DNA of 47,984 nucleotides from Chthoniobacterales bacterium (GCA_039935735.1 JBDTJR010000138.1:1-47984); one strand, 5' to 3'. Shown: positions 1 through 10,690, counted from the stretch's first letter. Made by a program: numbers and translations. The notes: generated by a model not told the origin, from the sequence alone.

Positions 1-599
1 GCATCTACCGCTTGCTTAAGAATTTCTCCCGTCGCTACCGAGTGTCCGAGTGAAATACGAATCTCCTGTGCCACCGCCTGTCGGATGAATTCGAGCGATT
101 TTTCCGGCGCGATCTCTGGAGCAATCGTTACCAGGCGGATATTATTTTTGGAAATGCTCTGCCATTCCTTCAGCCACGTAAGATTGGCTGCGCACATCCA
201 GCTTGTATTATGCGCGCCATGCGTGCCGGGATCGGGATTCAAAAACGGACCTTCCATGTGATAACCACGACAGCCGTCTTCCTCATCCCGTAATTTTTCG
301 ATGCCCGTTAAAAGAGAGCGATAGTTCTCCTGATTATTGGTGATGAGAGTCGCAAGAAAATGCGTGCAGCCGTGCGTTGCCAGTGCGCTGCATGCTTTAA
401 GCCAGTCGTCTTTTGAAATCGGATTATTAAAATCAACCCCGCCAAAGCCATTCACCTGCACGTCGTAAAGCCCTGGCGCAATCCAGGGTAATTTCTCAGG
501 ATGGCTGGAGTCGGCAGGTCGAATCGCACGGAAGAGTCCCTCTTCAATCAAATACTCATAAGGCGTTCCGGTAAGGAAATCCCGTGCGATGACTTTCAT
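1..599 (-). CDS. nagA: N-acetylglucosamine-6-phosphate deacetylase, N-terminal part (gene continues beyond window start)
   Basis: I translated the minus strand from ATG (rc of 597-599) by hand: MKVIARDFLTGTPYEYLIEEGLFRAIRPADSSHPEKLPWIAPGLYDVQVNGFGGVDFNN... The GxxDxQxNGxGGVxFN motif and overall N-terminal similarity match E. coli NagA (GFIDVQLNGCGGVQFND). The ORF is open to position 1. It is absent from the ORF track because it is partial. Confidence 0.8.
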   Translation of the reverse strand, partial: MKVIARDFLTGTPYEYLIEEGLFRAIRPADSSHPEKLPWIAPGLYDVQVNGFGGVDFNNPISKDDWLKACSALATHGCTHFLATLITNNQENYRSLLTGIEKLRDEEDGCRGYHMEGPFLNPDPGTHGAHNTSWMCAANLTWLKEWQSISKNNIRLVTIAPEIAPEKSLEFIRQAVAQEIRISLGHSVATGEILKQAVD

Positions 600-662
600 T
601 CCGCTTATTCAAACAAGCTTCTGTTTTCACGGAAAGCCGGAAGTTAAAAAACGTCATTAATC

Positions 663-3600
663 TTAAGCCGGAAGCGACGTTTTTTCCGCCACCACGGGAT
701 GACGTCTGTGTCTTGTCAATCGATCGAGATACAAATAAATGATCGGGGTCGTATATAGAGTTAGAAGCTGGGATACCAACAACCCTCCAATGATCGCGAT
801 GCCAAGGGGCTGGCGTAACTCCGTGCCTTCCCCGCGCCCGACTGCGAGAGGAATGGCTCCAAACATTGCCGCGAGCGTCGTCATGATAATCGGACGAAAA
901 CGGATGATGCAGGCCTGATAGATCGCGACTTCAGGCTTCATCCCTTCATTCCGTTCTGCATCCAGTGCAAAGTCCACCATCATGATCGCATTCTTTTTCA
1001 CGATACCGATCAGAAGAACAATTCCGATCATCGCCACCACAGACAATTCCAACCCGCCAATTTTCAAAGCCAGTAATGCGCCAAGTCCTGCCGAGGGCAG
1101 CGTGGAGAGAATCGTGATGGGATGAATCAGGCTCTCATATAAAATGCCCAGTACGATATAGACTGCAAGAATCGCCGTAAAAATGAGGATCAACTGAGTG
1201 GATGCCGTATCTTGAAACGCTTTCGCCGTTCCCTGGAAACTTCCCCGGATAGTCGGCGGCATGTGGATTTCTTTTGCGACATTATTGATGAGCTCCGTCG
1301 CTTCACCCAGAGATACCCCCGGTGCAAGGTCGAAGGAAATGGAGATCGCAGGAAATTGGCCCTGGTGCGGTATTACCGTGGGAGCATTGCTTGTTTCAAA
1401 TTTTGCGATGGAGCCCAGAGGCACCTGCACACCGGTATTTGAGGGAAGATAAATTTTATCCAGCGATGCGGGGTCACGCTGAAATTTCGGATCGGCTTCA
1501 AGGATGACGTGATACTGATCATTCGGAGTGTAAAGAATGGAAACCTGGCGCTGGCCAAATGCGTTATAGAGCGCGCTATCAATTTGCTGTGCTTGGATTC
1601 CCAGTCGCGATGCGGTATCCCGGTTCACCACGACATTTGTCTGGAGACCATTGAACTGCTGATCGCTGGTCACGCCTTTTAACTGCGGTAGCCTTTTCAA
1701 GCGATCGAGCATCTTCGGAGCCCAGGTATTCAGAATGGCAAGATCGGGACTTACGAGGGAATAAATGTAGAGGGCTTTCGAACTTCGACCTCCTACTCGG
1801 ATATCCTGTACAGGCTGGAGGAAAAGTGTGACTCCGGCCAGTTTTGCAGATTTCGCCCGAAGCCGCGCAATGACCCTGGTAATTTCGTCGCGTTGTGCGC
1901 GAGGTTTAAGCGTGATATAAAGTCGGCCGACATTGCTTTGGCCTCCGCCATTACTACCAATAAAAGAGCCAAGTCCTGCCACTGCGGGATCGTCCTGCAC
2001 AATCTTCGCTACCGCTTTTTGCTTTTCAACCATCGCATCAAAGGAAATGTCCTGTGCGGCCTCCGCGATGCCGGAAAGCATTCCCGTATCCTGAAGCGGA
2101 AAAAATCCTTTGGGAACCTGAGTATACAACCATATTGTCATGACAATAGTTGCGAGTGTTACGAAGAGCATCAAAAAGGAATGCTTTAAAACCCATTTCA
2201 GCGAATCGGCATACACTTTAATAATTCCGTTAAGAAAATTTTCTGATTTTTTATAAAACCAGCCATCTCGCGAGGCCTCGCTCTCATGGCGTAGAAACAA
2301 CGAGCTCATCATCGGCGTCAATGTCAGGGAGACGACTGCTGATACGATAATCGCGATACTGAGCGTCACGGCAAATTCATGAAACAGTCGGCCTACCAGT
2401 CCCCCCATTAAAAGAAGCGGAATAAAAACGGCGATAAGCGAAAGACTGATCGAGATGACCGTAAACCCGACTTGCTTTGCGCCTTTCAGCGATGCTTCGA
2501 ACGGAGAATATCCCTCCTCCACATAACGCACGATATTTTCGATGACCACAATCGCGTCATCCACCACAAATCCCACGGAAATCGTAAGAGCCATCAGCGA
2601 AATATTATCGAGGCTGAAATTCAACAGATACATCAATCCGAATGCCGCAGCCAGCGACAGTGGCACCGTGACACTCGCAATGAAAGTGGGCCAGAATCGC
2701 TTTAAAAAGATAAAGCAAACCATGATCACAAGGCAGATACTTATAAATAAGCTGAACTGCACCTCTCTCACCGATGAGCGGATGGTAATGGTGCGATCGG
2801 ATAGAATGGAAATCTTGACGGCAGGAGGCAGCCATCGCCGCATCTGAGGGATGGCCGCCTTAATTTGATCAACCGTTTCGATGATATTCGCATCATTCTG
2901 TTTTCTTACGATGAGCAGCACTGCGCGTTTGTCATTATACCAGCCAGCGAGGCGGACATTCTCATTGGCATCGACTACGGTGCCCACGGCGCTGAGTGGT
3001 ACGGGGGTTCCATTTTTTTCAGTGACGATAAGATTTTTGTAATCCTCAGCGTTCATCAACTGGTCGTTGCTGTTGATGGCAAAGCTGAGTCCGCTTCCGT
3101 CGAGACTACCTTTTGGAAGATTAGCATTGGAGGCGGTAATAGCCGTCCGCACATCATCCATGGTCAAGCCCATGGATGCCAGCGCCGCAGGATTTACCTG
3201 CACCCGTACGGCGGATTTTGCCCCGCCTCCGATGTCAACCTGGCTTACGCCGGGGATTTGCGAAATTTTTGGCGCAAGAATTTGATAACCAAAGTTGTAA
3301 AGTTGAGAGAGTCGGTAGGTGTCGGATGTCAATGCAAGCACCAGTACCGGAGAGTCATTTGGGTTTGCCTTTTTGTAACTGGGTGGTTGAGGGAGATCGG
3401 GAGGTAGTTCGTTCGCGGAGGCATTGATCGCCGCCTGCACATCACGTGCTGCGCCGTCAATACTTCGATTAAGGTCAAACTGAAGAACGATTGTGACTCC
3501 CCCGAGCGCGCTGGTAGAGGTGATTTCCGTGACGCCCGCAATCGCGCCGAAGCGCCGTTCGAGAGGGGCGGCAAGTGAAGTGGCGACGGTTTCGGGATCT

Positions 3601-3761
3601 GCGCCCGGAAGGGCCGCGTTTACAAAAATCGTGGGAAATTCAACATTCGGTAAAGGGGCGACCGGCAGAAAATAGTAAGCGGCACAGCCCAGAATCAGTA
3701 TCCCCACCGCCAGTAGGGAAGTTGCGATAGGGCGGCGGATAAATGGTTCAGAAACATTCAT
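663..3761 (-). CDS. mdtC: RND multidrug efflux permease, MdtC-like (HAE1 family, 12-TM AcrB fold)
   Basis: 1032 aa. N-terminus MNVSEPFIRRPIATSLL plus long blocks (DVQAAINA, LTSDTY, GIVKKNAIMMVDFALDAER, LRFRPIIMTT) closely match E. coli MdtC. Second of two tandem RND permeases. Confidence 0.9.
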   Translation of the reverse strand: MNVSEPFIRRPIATSLLAVGILILGCAAYYFLPVAPLPNVEFPTIFVNAALPGADPETVATSLAAPLERRFGAIAGVTEITSTSALGGVTIVLQFDLNRSIDGAARDVQAAINASANELPPDLPQPPSYKKANPNDSPVLVLALTSDTYRLSQLYNFGYQILAPKISQIPGVSQVDIGGGAKSAVRVQVNPAALASMGLTMDDVRTAITASNANLPKGSLDGSGLSFAINSNDQLMNAEDYKNLIVTEKNGTPVPLSAVGTVVDANENVRLAGWYNDKRAVLLIVRKQNDANIIETVDQIKAAIPQMRRWLPPAVKISILSDRTITIRSSVREVQFSLFISICLVIMVCFIFLKRFWPTFIASVTVPLSLAAAFGLMYLLNFSLDNISLMALTISVGFVVDDAIVVIENIVRYVEEGYSPFEASLKGAKQVGFTVISISLSLIAVFIPLLLMGGLVGRLFHEFAVTLSIAIIVSAVVSLTLTPMMSSLFLRHESEASRDGWFYKKSENFLNGIIKVYADSLKWVLKHSFLMLFVTLATIVMTIWLYTQVPKGFFPLQDTGMLSGIAEAAQDISFDAMVEKQKAVAKIVQDDPAVAGLGSFIGSNGGGQSNVGRLYITLKPRAQRDEITRVIARLRAKSAKLAGVTLFLQPVQDIRVGGRSSKALYIYSLVSPDLAILNTWAPKMLDRLKRLPQLKGVTSDQQFNGLQTNVVVNRDTASRLGIQAQQIDSALYNAFGQRQVSILYTPNDQYHVILEADPKFQRDPASLDKIYLPSNTGVQVPLGSIAKFETSNAPTVIPHQGQFPAISISFDLAPGVSLGEATELINNVAKEIHMPPTIRGSFQGTAKAFQDTASTQLILIFTAILAVYIVLGILYESLIHPITILSTLPSAGLGALLALKIGGLELSVVAMIGIVLLIGIVKKNAIMMVDFALDAERNEGMKPEVAIYQACIIRFRPIIMTTLAAMFGAIPLAVGRGEGTELRQPLGIAIIGGLLVSQLLTLYTTPIIYLYLDRLTRHRRHPVVAEKTSLPA

Positions 3762-3789
3762 CGGGAAAAATTCCTGCCGTCATTTGCTT

Positions 3790-6700
3790 TTAAGGCGCGA
3801 CCATCCTGGTGCGGTCGGGTAAATTTTGCGGAGCCCGGCGTTTTGCAAACCAGGTGCTTAATTGATCAAGGTAGAGATAAATAACCGGCGTTGTATAAAG
3901 CGTCAGTAACTGCGAGAGCAGCAAGCCGCCGACGATCGTGATACCGAGAGGCTTGCGGAGTTCTGATCCCGTGCCGGATTGCAGTGCAAGTGGAAGCGCG
4001 CCAAGAAGCGCGGCCATGGTCGTCATCATGATTGGGCGAAATCGTAACAGACAGGCTTCGTAAATTGCTTTTTCCGGCGACTCCCCGCGCTCACGTTGTG
4101 CCTCCAGGGCAAAATCGATCATCATGATGGCGTTCTTTTTAACGATACCGATTAGAAGAACGACGCCAATCAGCGCAATCAGGGAGAAATCCATTTGAAA
4201 AAGAAGAAGCGCAAGCAATGCTCCCACACCCGCAGAAGGAAGTGTGGAAAGAATCGTGATAGGGTGAATGTAGCTCTCGTAGAGTACTCCCAGCACGATG
4301 TAAATTACCACGAGGGCCGCGAGAATGAGGTATGGCTCGGACGCGAGCGAGGATTGAAATTCTGCGGCTGCGCCTGAGAAAGTAGTCGCGATGGTGGCAG
4401 GAAACTCGATTTCCTTTTGCGCTTTCTCGACGGCTTTGACGGCTGCGCCAAGTGAGGTGCCGGGATGTAGATTGAAGGAAAGTGCAATCGCCGGGAATTG
4501 ATTTTCATGAGAAATCGCCAATGGAGCATTTATCGTATGCATGGTCGCAAAGGTGGACAAGGGAACCGGTTGTCCGGTCGTGGATTTTACATAAATTTTA
4601 TCCAGCGCATCGGGTGAATCCCGGAACTGGGGAGCCGCTTCCAGAATAACTCGAAATTGATTCAATTGCGTAAAAATCGTGGAAATCTGCCGCTGACCAA
4701 AGCAATCATACAACGCATTATCTATGGCTGTAGTCTGTACATTCATGCGTGAAGCTTTTTGGCGGTCAACGTCGATGACAACTTGCAGCCCGGCAGACTG
4801 TTGATCGCTGGCGACATCCGTCAACTCGGGAAGTTCCCTTAACCTGGCAAGTAATTTTGGCGCATATTCTCTTAACTCATCCTGATTTGCATCCTGCAGG
4901 ATGTATTGAAACTGTGTGCGGCTGATGCGTGTGTCGATTTGAAGATCCTGTACCGCCTGCATAAAGATGGCGATTCCCGGCACTCGGTTTGTTTCCGAGC
5001 GCAGTCTTGTGATGATTTGCTCCGCATTCGCATGCCTGTCTTTTCTCGGTTTAAGAATAATATAAATGCGTCCCGAGTTTACGGTCGGGTTTACCGTGCC
5101 TGCGCCTACAAACGCTGCCACATTTTCCACATCGGGATCTTTACGGATGATCGTCGTGATTTTCTTTTGCTTTTCCACCATGGACTGAAAGGAAATATTC
5201 TGCGCCGCATCCGTCACGCCGAGGATAAGGCCCGTGTCCTGCTGAGGCAGTAGACCTTTGGGAATAACGATGTAGAGAAGAATGGTCGCTACGAGAGTGG
5301 CAATTCCCGAAAGCAGGGTAATGAAGCGATGACTAAGTACCCATTTTACACCTTTTTCATAGCCACCAAGAATCCAATTGAAGAAGTTTTCGCTCCATTG
5401 GTAGAAGCGACCTTCTTCTTTTTCTCCATGTTTTATCGGGCGCAGGAATTTTGCGCACATCATCGGCGTAAGAGTCAGGGAGACAATCGCTGAAACAATG
5501 ACTGCCGCGCTAAGCGTGATTGCGAATTCATGAAACAGGCGCCCGACGATACCTTTCATGAAGAGCAGCGGAATAAACACCGCAATCAACGAAATGGTCA
5601 GCGAAACAATGGTAAAACCAATCTGTCGCGCACCTTCCAATGCGGCTTCGAGGACTCCTTTGCCTTCCTCCAGATAACGAAAAATATTTTCGATCATCAC
5701 GATGGCGTCATCCACCACGAATCCTGTTGCGATGGTCAGCGCCATCAGAGTGAGATTATTCAGACTGAATCCCGCCAGATATATGATCCCGAAGGTTCCG
5801 ATAAGTGATAAAGGCAGCGCGACACTTGGGATAATCGTCGCCCAGAATTTTCGCAGAAAAAGAAAAATGACAAGAATGACCAGAACGATGGTAAGGACGA
5901 GCGTGAATTCCACGTCCTCCACGGAAGCTCGGATCGTTTGCGTGCGATCGATCAGGATATTGACTTTCACCGCAGGCGGCAGCGCTGCCGTGAGTTGAGG
6001 AAGAAGTTTTTTAATTCGGTCAACCGTCTGAATGATGTTCGCTCCCGGTTGGCGTTGGATATCCACAAGCACCGCAGGTTTATCGCCCACCCACGCGGCA
6101 AGCTGGTCGTTTTCAACACTGTCAATCACACGTGCGACATCCTGCAATCTCACGGGAGTGCCATTATGGCTTGCTACAATGATAGGCTTATAATCGTCTG
6201 CTTTGAAAATCTGGTCATTGGAACCAATGATGTAACTTTGATGTGCACCATCGAAACTTCCCTTTGGCGCATTGACATTTGCCGCCTCGATCGCGGTACG
6301 GATATCATCCGGGCCAAGTCCAAGCGAGGCGAGAGAGGTTGGGTTGAACTGGATGCGGACCGCGGGTTTTTGATTTCCCTGAATACTGACAAGACCCACT
6401 CCCGTGACCTGGCTTAATTTTTGTGCGAGCAATGTATCGGACAAATCATTTACACGATCCATGGGGAGCGAGTCTGAAGTTACCGCGAGTGTCAGGATCG
6501 GAGTATCAGCAGGGTTGACCTTGTTATAGGTCGGTGGATTGGGAAGATCCGGCGGCAAAAACCCATGTGCGACATTGATCGCCGCCTGCACATCCTGGGA
6601 TGCCACGTCGATGTCGCGACCCAAACTAAATTGCAACGTAATGGCGCTTACGCCAAAGGAACTCGAGGAACTCATCGTCACGAGTCCGCTGATTTGCCCG

Positions 6701-6912
6701 AGCTGACGTTCGAGCGGGCTGGTCACGGACGACGCCATGACCTCCGCGCTGGCACCGGGGTATCGCGTCACCACCTGAATGGTGGGAAAATCAATAGTTG
6801 GCAGCGACGAGATGGGCAGCAGGAAAAACCCAAGTGCGCCCAGAAGTACTACGCCCACCATCAAAAGTGAGGTGGCAACGGGGCGCCGGATAAATGGCTC
6901 GGAAATATTCAC
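3790..6912 (-). CDS. mdtB: RND multidrug efflux permease, MdtB-like
   Basis: 1040 aa. FIRRPVATSLLMVG, DFPTIQVVTRYPGAS, NPADTPILTLAVTS and the C-terminal LRFRPIMMTT blocks match E. coli MdtB. There is a 28 bp gap to the downstream permease and 18 bp to the upstream adaptor. Confidence 0.9.
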   Translation of the reverse strand: MNISEPFIRRPVATSLLMVGVVLLGALGFFLLPISSLPTIDFPTIQVVTRYPGASAEVMASSVTSPLERQLGQISGLVTMSSSSSFGVSAITLQFSLGRDIDVASQDVQAAINVAHGFLPPDLPNPPTYNKVNPADTPILTLAVTSDSLPMDRVNDLSDTLLAQKLSQVTGVGLVSIQGNQKPAVRIQFNPTSLASLGLGPDDIRTAIEAANVNAPKGSFDGAHQSYIIGSNDQIFKADDYKPIIVASHNGTPVRLQDVARVIDSVENDQLAAWVGDKPAVLVDIQRQPGANIIQTVDRIKKLLPQLTAALPPAVKVNILIDRTQTIRASVEDVEFTLVLTIVLVILVIFLFLRKFWATIIPSVALPLSLIGTFGIIYLAGFSLNNLTLMALTIATGFVVDDAIVMIENIFRYLEEGKGVLEAALEGARQIGFTIVSLTISLIAVFIPLLFMKGIVGRLFHEFAITLSAAVIVSAIVSLTLTPMMCAKFLRPIKHGEKEEGRFYQWSENFFNWILGGYEKGVKWVLSHRFITLLSGIATLVATILLYIVIPKGLLPQQDTGLILGVTDAAQNISFQSMVEKQKKITTIIRKDPDVENVAAFVGAGTVNPTVNSGRIYIILKPRKDRHANAEQIITRLRSETNRVPGIAIFMQAVQDLQIDTRISRTQFQYILQDANQDELREYAPKLLARLRELPELTDVASDQQSAGLQVVIDVDRQKASRMNVQTTAIDNALYDCFGQRQISTIFTQLNQFRVILEAAPQFRDSPDALDKIYVKSTTGQPVPLSTFATMHTINAPLAISHENQFPAIALSFNLHPGTSLGAAVKAVEKAQKEIEFPATIATTFSGAAAEFQSSLASEPYLILAALVVIYIVLGVLYESYIHPITILSTLPSAGVGALLALLLFQMDFSLIALIGVVLLIGIVKKNAIMMIDFALEAQRERGESPEKAIYEACLLRFRPIMMTTMAALLGALPLALQSGTGSELRKPLGITIVGGLLLSQLLTLYTTPVIYLYLDQLSTWFAKRRAPQNLPDRTRMVAP

Positions 6913-6930
6913 AAAAGCAAAGCCTGCGAA

Positions 6931-8166
6931 TTAGCTTTTTGTTTTCCTGACATCCTTGCTGACAGACACTTTTGACGACTGCTCATTGGTGGAGCCCAGG
7001 GTTCGATTTGTGGCGGCGCCGAGTTGGGGAATTTCTTCGATCTTTGATCCGGGCTGAAGTTTGTACTGTCCGTCCACCACAATACGTTCGTTGGCGGCAA
7101 GTCCTTCTTCGATCAACGCCATATTATTTTCCGAAGGGCCCACTTTTATTTTTCGCAACTCCGCCGTGTTATTTTTATCCACGATATAGGCAAAGGTGCC
7201 ATCGGGGCCTCGCTGTACCGCCGAAACAGGTACCACCAGACTATCCTTGAGGATCTTCACGAGCAGCCGCGCGTTAACAAACTGCCCGGGCCAGAGGCGC
7301 AGGTCATTATTTGGAAAAGTAGCCTTTAATTTGATCGTTCCGGTTGTTTGGTCGATTTGGTTATCGATCACAGCAACGACACCCTCTCCCATGGGATGCG
7401 TATTATCGCGCTCAAACGCATATACTTTCAAGGGGGCTGAAGTGCTGTTTTTTTGGACCTCCGAAAGGTTTTGCTCGGGTAGTGTAAAAACCACCGTAAT
7501 GGGTTGAAGCTGCGTAATGGTCAGCAATCCCGTGGTATCCGTGGCCCGGATCATATTACCTTCATCCACTTGGCGAATTCCCACACGGCCACTGATCGGT
7601 GCGGTAATTTGAGTATAGCTTAGCTGTGTTTGCGCATTGCTGACGGCGGCCTGGTCTCCCTTGACGGTTGCCGCCAGTTGATCGACCAGATACTTCTGAG
7701 TATCGTAGGTTTGTTGATCGATGACGCTTTTACCCATCAAGGAGGTGTCCCGGGCCAGCGTCACTTTTGCGTTATTTAATTGCGCCTCATCCTGTGCCTG
7801 CTTGGCGATCATCTGGTCAAGTTGCGCCTGGAAAGGACGAGGATCGATCACGGCCAGCAGATCGTCTTTCTTTACATCCTGTCCCTCCGTGAAAAGAACT
7901 TTTTGCAATTCTCCGTCGATCCGCGCTCGTACGACTACAGAGTTAAATGCCTGCACCGTGCCGATGCCTTCATCAAAAACGGGAAAATCTTTTTTCTCCA
8001 CCGTTCCGATGACTACGGCGATCGGTCGATTTGCATCGTCACCATGACGACCGGAGTGAGACGTTCCGGAGGAAGCTTCAGACTTCGAGGATCGGGTCGC
8101 GAAAAATAGAGCAATAGCAATACCTGCTACTCCGAGGAGAACTAAAATATTGCGTGAATTTTTCAT
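6931..8166 (-). CDS. mdtA: RND efflux periplasmic adaptor (membrane fusion protein), MdtA-like
   Basis: 411 aa. N-terminal TM/signal region, then coiled-coil hairpin region (AQLDQMIAKQAQDEAQLNNAKVTLARD), lipoyl and beta-barrel blocks typical of HlyD/MFP adaptors. First gene of a three-gene operon with two RND permeases. Confidence 0.85.
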   Translation of the reverse strand: MKNSRNILVLLGVAGIAIALFFATRSSKSEASSGTSHSGRHGDDANRPIAVVIGTVEKKDFPVFDEGIGTVQAFNSVVVRARIDGELQKVLFTEGQDVKKDDLLAVIDPRPFQAQLDQMIAKQAQDEAQLNNAKVTLARDTSLMGKSVIDQQTYDTQKYLVDQLAATVKGDQAAVSNAQTQLSYTQITAPISGRVGIRQVDEGNMIRATDTTGLLTITQLQPITVVFTLPEQNLSEVQKNSTSAPLKVYAFERDNTHPMGEGVVAVIDNQIDQTTGTIKLKATFPNNDLRLWPGQFVNARLLVKILKDSLVVPVSAVQRGPDGTFAYIVDKNNTAELRKIKVGPSENNMALIEEGLAANERIVVDGQYKLQPGSKIEEIPQLGAATNRTLGSTNEQSSKVSVSKDVRKTKS

Positions 8167-8258
8167 CTTAAATAAGCGCTCTTAAATACGTCAGGACGGG
8201 ATAAAACACCATTTTCCGCTAAAAGTTGCTGTCTTAACTGGATTATTTGCAAAGCCTT

Positions 8259-8278
8259 ACTTTCCGCGTTCGAAAGTA
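8259..8278. promoter_or_regulatory. inverted repeat TACTTT-N8-AAAGTA (with TTCGAA core) in promoter region upstream of mdtA
   Basis: TACTTTCCGCGTTCGAAAGTA lies 93-112 bp upstream of the mdtA start (8166, minus strand). Candidate operator. Confidence 0.25.
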
Positions 8279-8308
8279 TACAGTAAATCCACCCCCTCAC
8301 AAATAAGA

Positions 8309-10690
8309 TTATGGCAGTTGTTCTAATGAGAAGCGGCCTCTGTGCATAAACCTCCAGAGTGGAGGGAGCAAAAAGAGCGATATAAGACCGTCCAGAAGCA
8401 GTCCAACTGCACAAGTTTCTCCCAGGCTGGATAAACCATGGTTATTTGCCCAGCTCAGGGTGCCAAACCCCACTGCCGCCGAAGTCGAGCAAAGCGTGAT
8501 CACCGTACCGAGCGCACGGTAGGTATGCGAAATATCCCCTCCACTTCGCCGTAAATCGAGCACCAGCAAAATACTGTAGTCGATACCTGTTCCCAAAAGC
8601 AGTAGCACCGCAGCGAGATTAAAGAGATTCCACTGAATATCCAGCAGGCGCATCGCTCCGAGAAGGGACAGAAATACGAGCCCCATTGTTGCGGCGAGTA
8701 GCGAGACATCGAGCAGACTCCGAAAGCCGATCAGCAAAAGGAAAACAAGCACGACCACTAATCCGATTATAAGATGGGTAAACTCTGTCGGGATGACGCG
8801 TTTCAACTCACGCCCAAGCTGATCCCAGCTTGTCAGGTAAATGCCTTCTCCTTCGACCTGTGCGGTTAGGGCATCTTCGTGACCTTTCACGGGCTCCACC
8901 ATTCCCATGGCGACAAAATGACCGTCTTTGTGACTCGCAAGGCGGCGCAGTATCCACCGGCTTGTTTCATTTTGCGGCCAGATGGGAAGGCTGTTTTGCG
9001 ACCACGTTTTCCAGTAGTTAAAAGCGCTCCCGGTAACTTCAAACGCCTTGTCCGTAAAGCCGCTGTCGATGAGTGTTTGCTTAAGTCGTGGCGCGGAATT
9101 TGTAAGTGCGGCCAGCTCGCCGATATTTTCTTTTTGATGGGACGCGCTTGGCCAAAGCGTAAGCGGAGTGCGAAACATTTTGACCTCACCGCTTACCACA
9201 CCCTGCGTCAATTTTTGTTCGGCCTCCTCCAGTCGCGTATGCACTTCCTCCTCCGTCGCGCCGGTGACTACGAGGCTGAGAAAGGCCTCATCATTGGTCA
9301 GCTTTGCATAAATTTTATCGAGCGTATCATAGGCTTCGCTGGTGCGTGGACGCAGGGGACGCACGGAAACGTCAAAGTCAGGAAGTCCTTTCGTGACAAG
9401 CTCAGCCAGTAGTATTGCGACGATGAGCAGAGTGATGCCCACGCCTATTTTTCGAAATTTTTGCGAATCGAAAAGCTGCTCGATCCATCCGCTTTCGGGC
9501 GGTTGTGCTTCATTTCTGCGCCAACGCATGCAAAGCGGGGCGAAAATCGTCAACATCACCGTGGCTCCCACAAGAACACCGATTCCGACCAGGTTTCCCA
9601 GTTGGGAAAGTCCGGGAAGACTACTCATGTTCAACGTAAAAAATGCGGCCGCAGTCGTCCCTGCGGTCCACAAAATATTTTGCAAACAATTCCACTGCAG
9701 CTCGCGCACGCTGCCATTATGGCGAAGAGATTTTTGATAGATCAGGTATCCGTAATCCACGCTTAGCCCGATCATGATTGACGAAAACCCAACACCGATC
9801 ACCGTCAGATTTTTGAGCACTAGTCCTGCGATGGCCAGCGAGATGGTAAAAACGATGAGCAACATCGCGACCAGATACAACAGTGGCTTTTCCTTCCGGT
9901 AACAGAGCCAAAAAATGAGCGCTATCACGAAAATCGTGACGACTCCCGATGACTTCATATCCCACTCCATGGCCGAGGAAATTTCCGCGATAAATGCCGG
10001 TTCTCCGGTGAAGCCCGTCACCACATTTTTTCCGATACTCCATGCGGCTACGATTTGCCGGATTTCTTTTATCCATAGAATCGTTTCTTTATAGTTACGA
10101 AGTGCAGGGGCAGCCTCGACATATAATACGCGGAGCTTTCCATCCCCGGAGGCAAACTCGGACTGCATGCCCGAGGAGAAAAGTCCGGCAGAGAGAAGCG
10201 GTTTGGTAAGGCCGTAGGGATCGCAACTTAAAAACTGCCCTTCCTGCATGGAAACCGAGCGGTTCAGTCTGGAAAAAGTCGCTTTGGCAACTGCAGGAGC
10301 TTTTTCGGGACTCAGGTTTTCGACAAGGGTATGAATTTTTTCGTGCGGCTGATTCAGCAGAAAGTAGGCGAGGAGTTCGGTTAATTCTGCGGGCTTTTTT
10401 TCCCAGAGCGGGGCATCGGTAACGCGCTTTATGAGGGCAGGATGCGTGCGTAGTAATTCCGCAAGGGAAGTCGCATTTTCCTCCGCCTTATCTGGATCAT
10501 CCGCTTCCACAGTGATCAGCAGTTCATTGGATTGAGAGAAATTGTTTAGAAAAAGGGAAAGCCCGGCCGTCTGCTTTAAGCTGGGGGGGAGGAGCTTCAG
10601 GATATCGATATTCAGGCTGATGCGTGACAGCCCGGTAATAACAACGGCGGTCGCCACTACCGCCAGAAGCACTATGAAAATCTTTCGCAT
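8309..10690 (-). CDS. MMPL/RND-superfamily exporter (COG1033-like, two SSD-type 6-TM bundles)
   Basis: 793 aa. N-terminal TM then periplasmic domain, repeated hydrophobic 6-TM blocks (GVVTIFVIALIFWLCY..., LIIGLVVVLVFLLLIGFR...) characteristic of MMPL/HpnN-like transporters. Substrate unknown. Confidence 0.65.
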   Translation of the reverse strand: MRKIFIVLLAVVATAVVITGLSRISLNIDILKLLPPSLKQTAGLSLFLNNFSQSNELLITVEADDPDKAEENATSLAELLRTHPALIKRVTDAPLWEKKPAELTELLAYFLLNQPHEKIHTLVENLSPEKAPAVAKATFSRLNRSVSMQEGQFLSCDPYGLTKPLLSAGLFSSGMQSEFASGDGKLRVLYVEAAPALRNYKETILWIKEIRQIVAAWSIGKNVVTGFTGEPAFIAEISSAMEWDMKSSGVVTIFVIALIFWLCYRKEKPLLYLVAMLLIVFTISLAIAGLVLKNLTVIGVGFSSIMIGLSVDYGYLIYQKSLRHNGSVRELQWNCLQNILWTAGTTAAAFFTLNMSSLPGLSQLGNLVGIGVLVGATVMLTIFAPLCMRWRRNEAQPPESGWIEQLFDSQKFRKIGVGITLLIVAILLAELVTKGLPDFDVSVRPLRPRTSEAYDTLDKIYAKLTNDEAFLSLVVTGATEEEVHTRLEEAEQKLTQGVVSGEVKMFRTPLTLWPSASHQKENIGELAALTNSAPRLKQTLIDSGFTDKAFEVTGSAFNYWKTWSQNSLPIWPQNETSRWILRRLASHKDGHFVAMGMVEPVKGHEDALTAQVEGEGIYLTSWDQLGRELKRVIPTEFTHLIIGLVVVLVFLLLIGFRSLLDVSLLAATMGLVFLSLLGAMRLLDIQWNLFNLAAVLLLLGTGIDYSILLVLDLRRSGGDISHTYRALGTVITLCSTSAAVGFGTLSWANNHGLSSLGETCAVGLLLDGLISLFLLPPLWRFMHRGRFSLEQLP

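Noticed and set aside
2865-3407. 180 aa plus-strand ORF inside mdtC
   Set aside because: Antisense to a highly conserved RND permease. Spurious.
8879-9412. 177 aa plus-strand ORF inside the MMPL gene
   Set aside because: Antisense to a long, well-supported transporter CDS.
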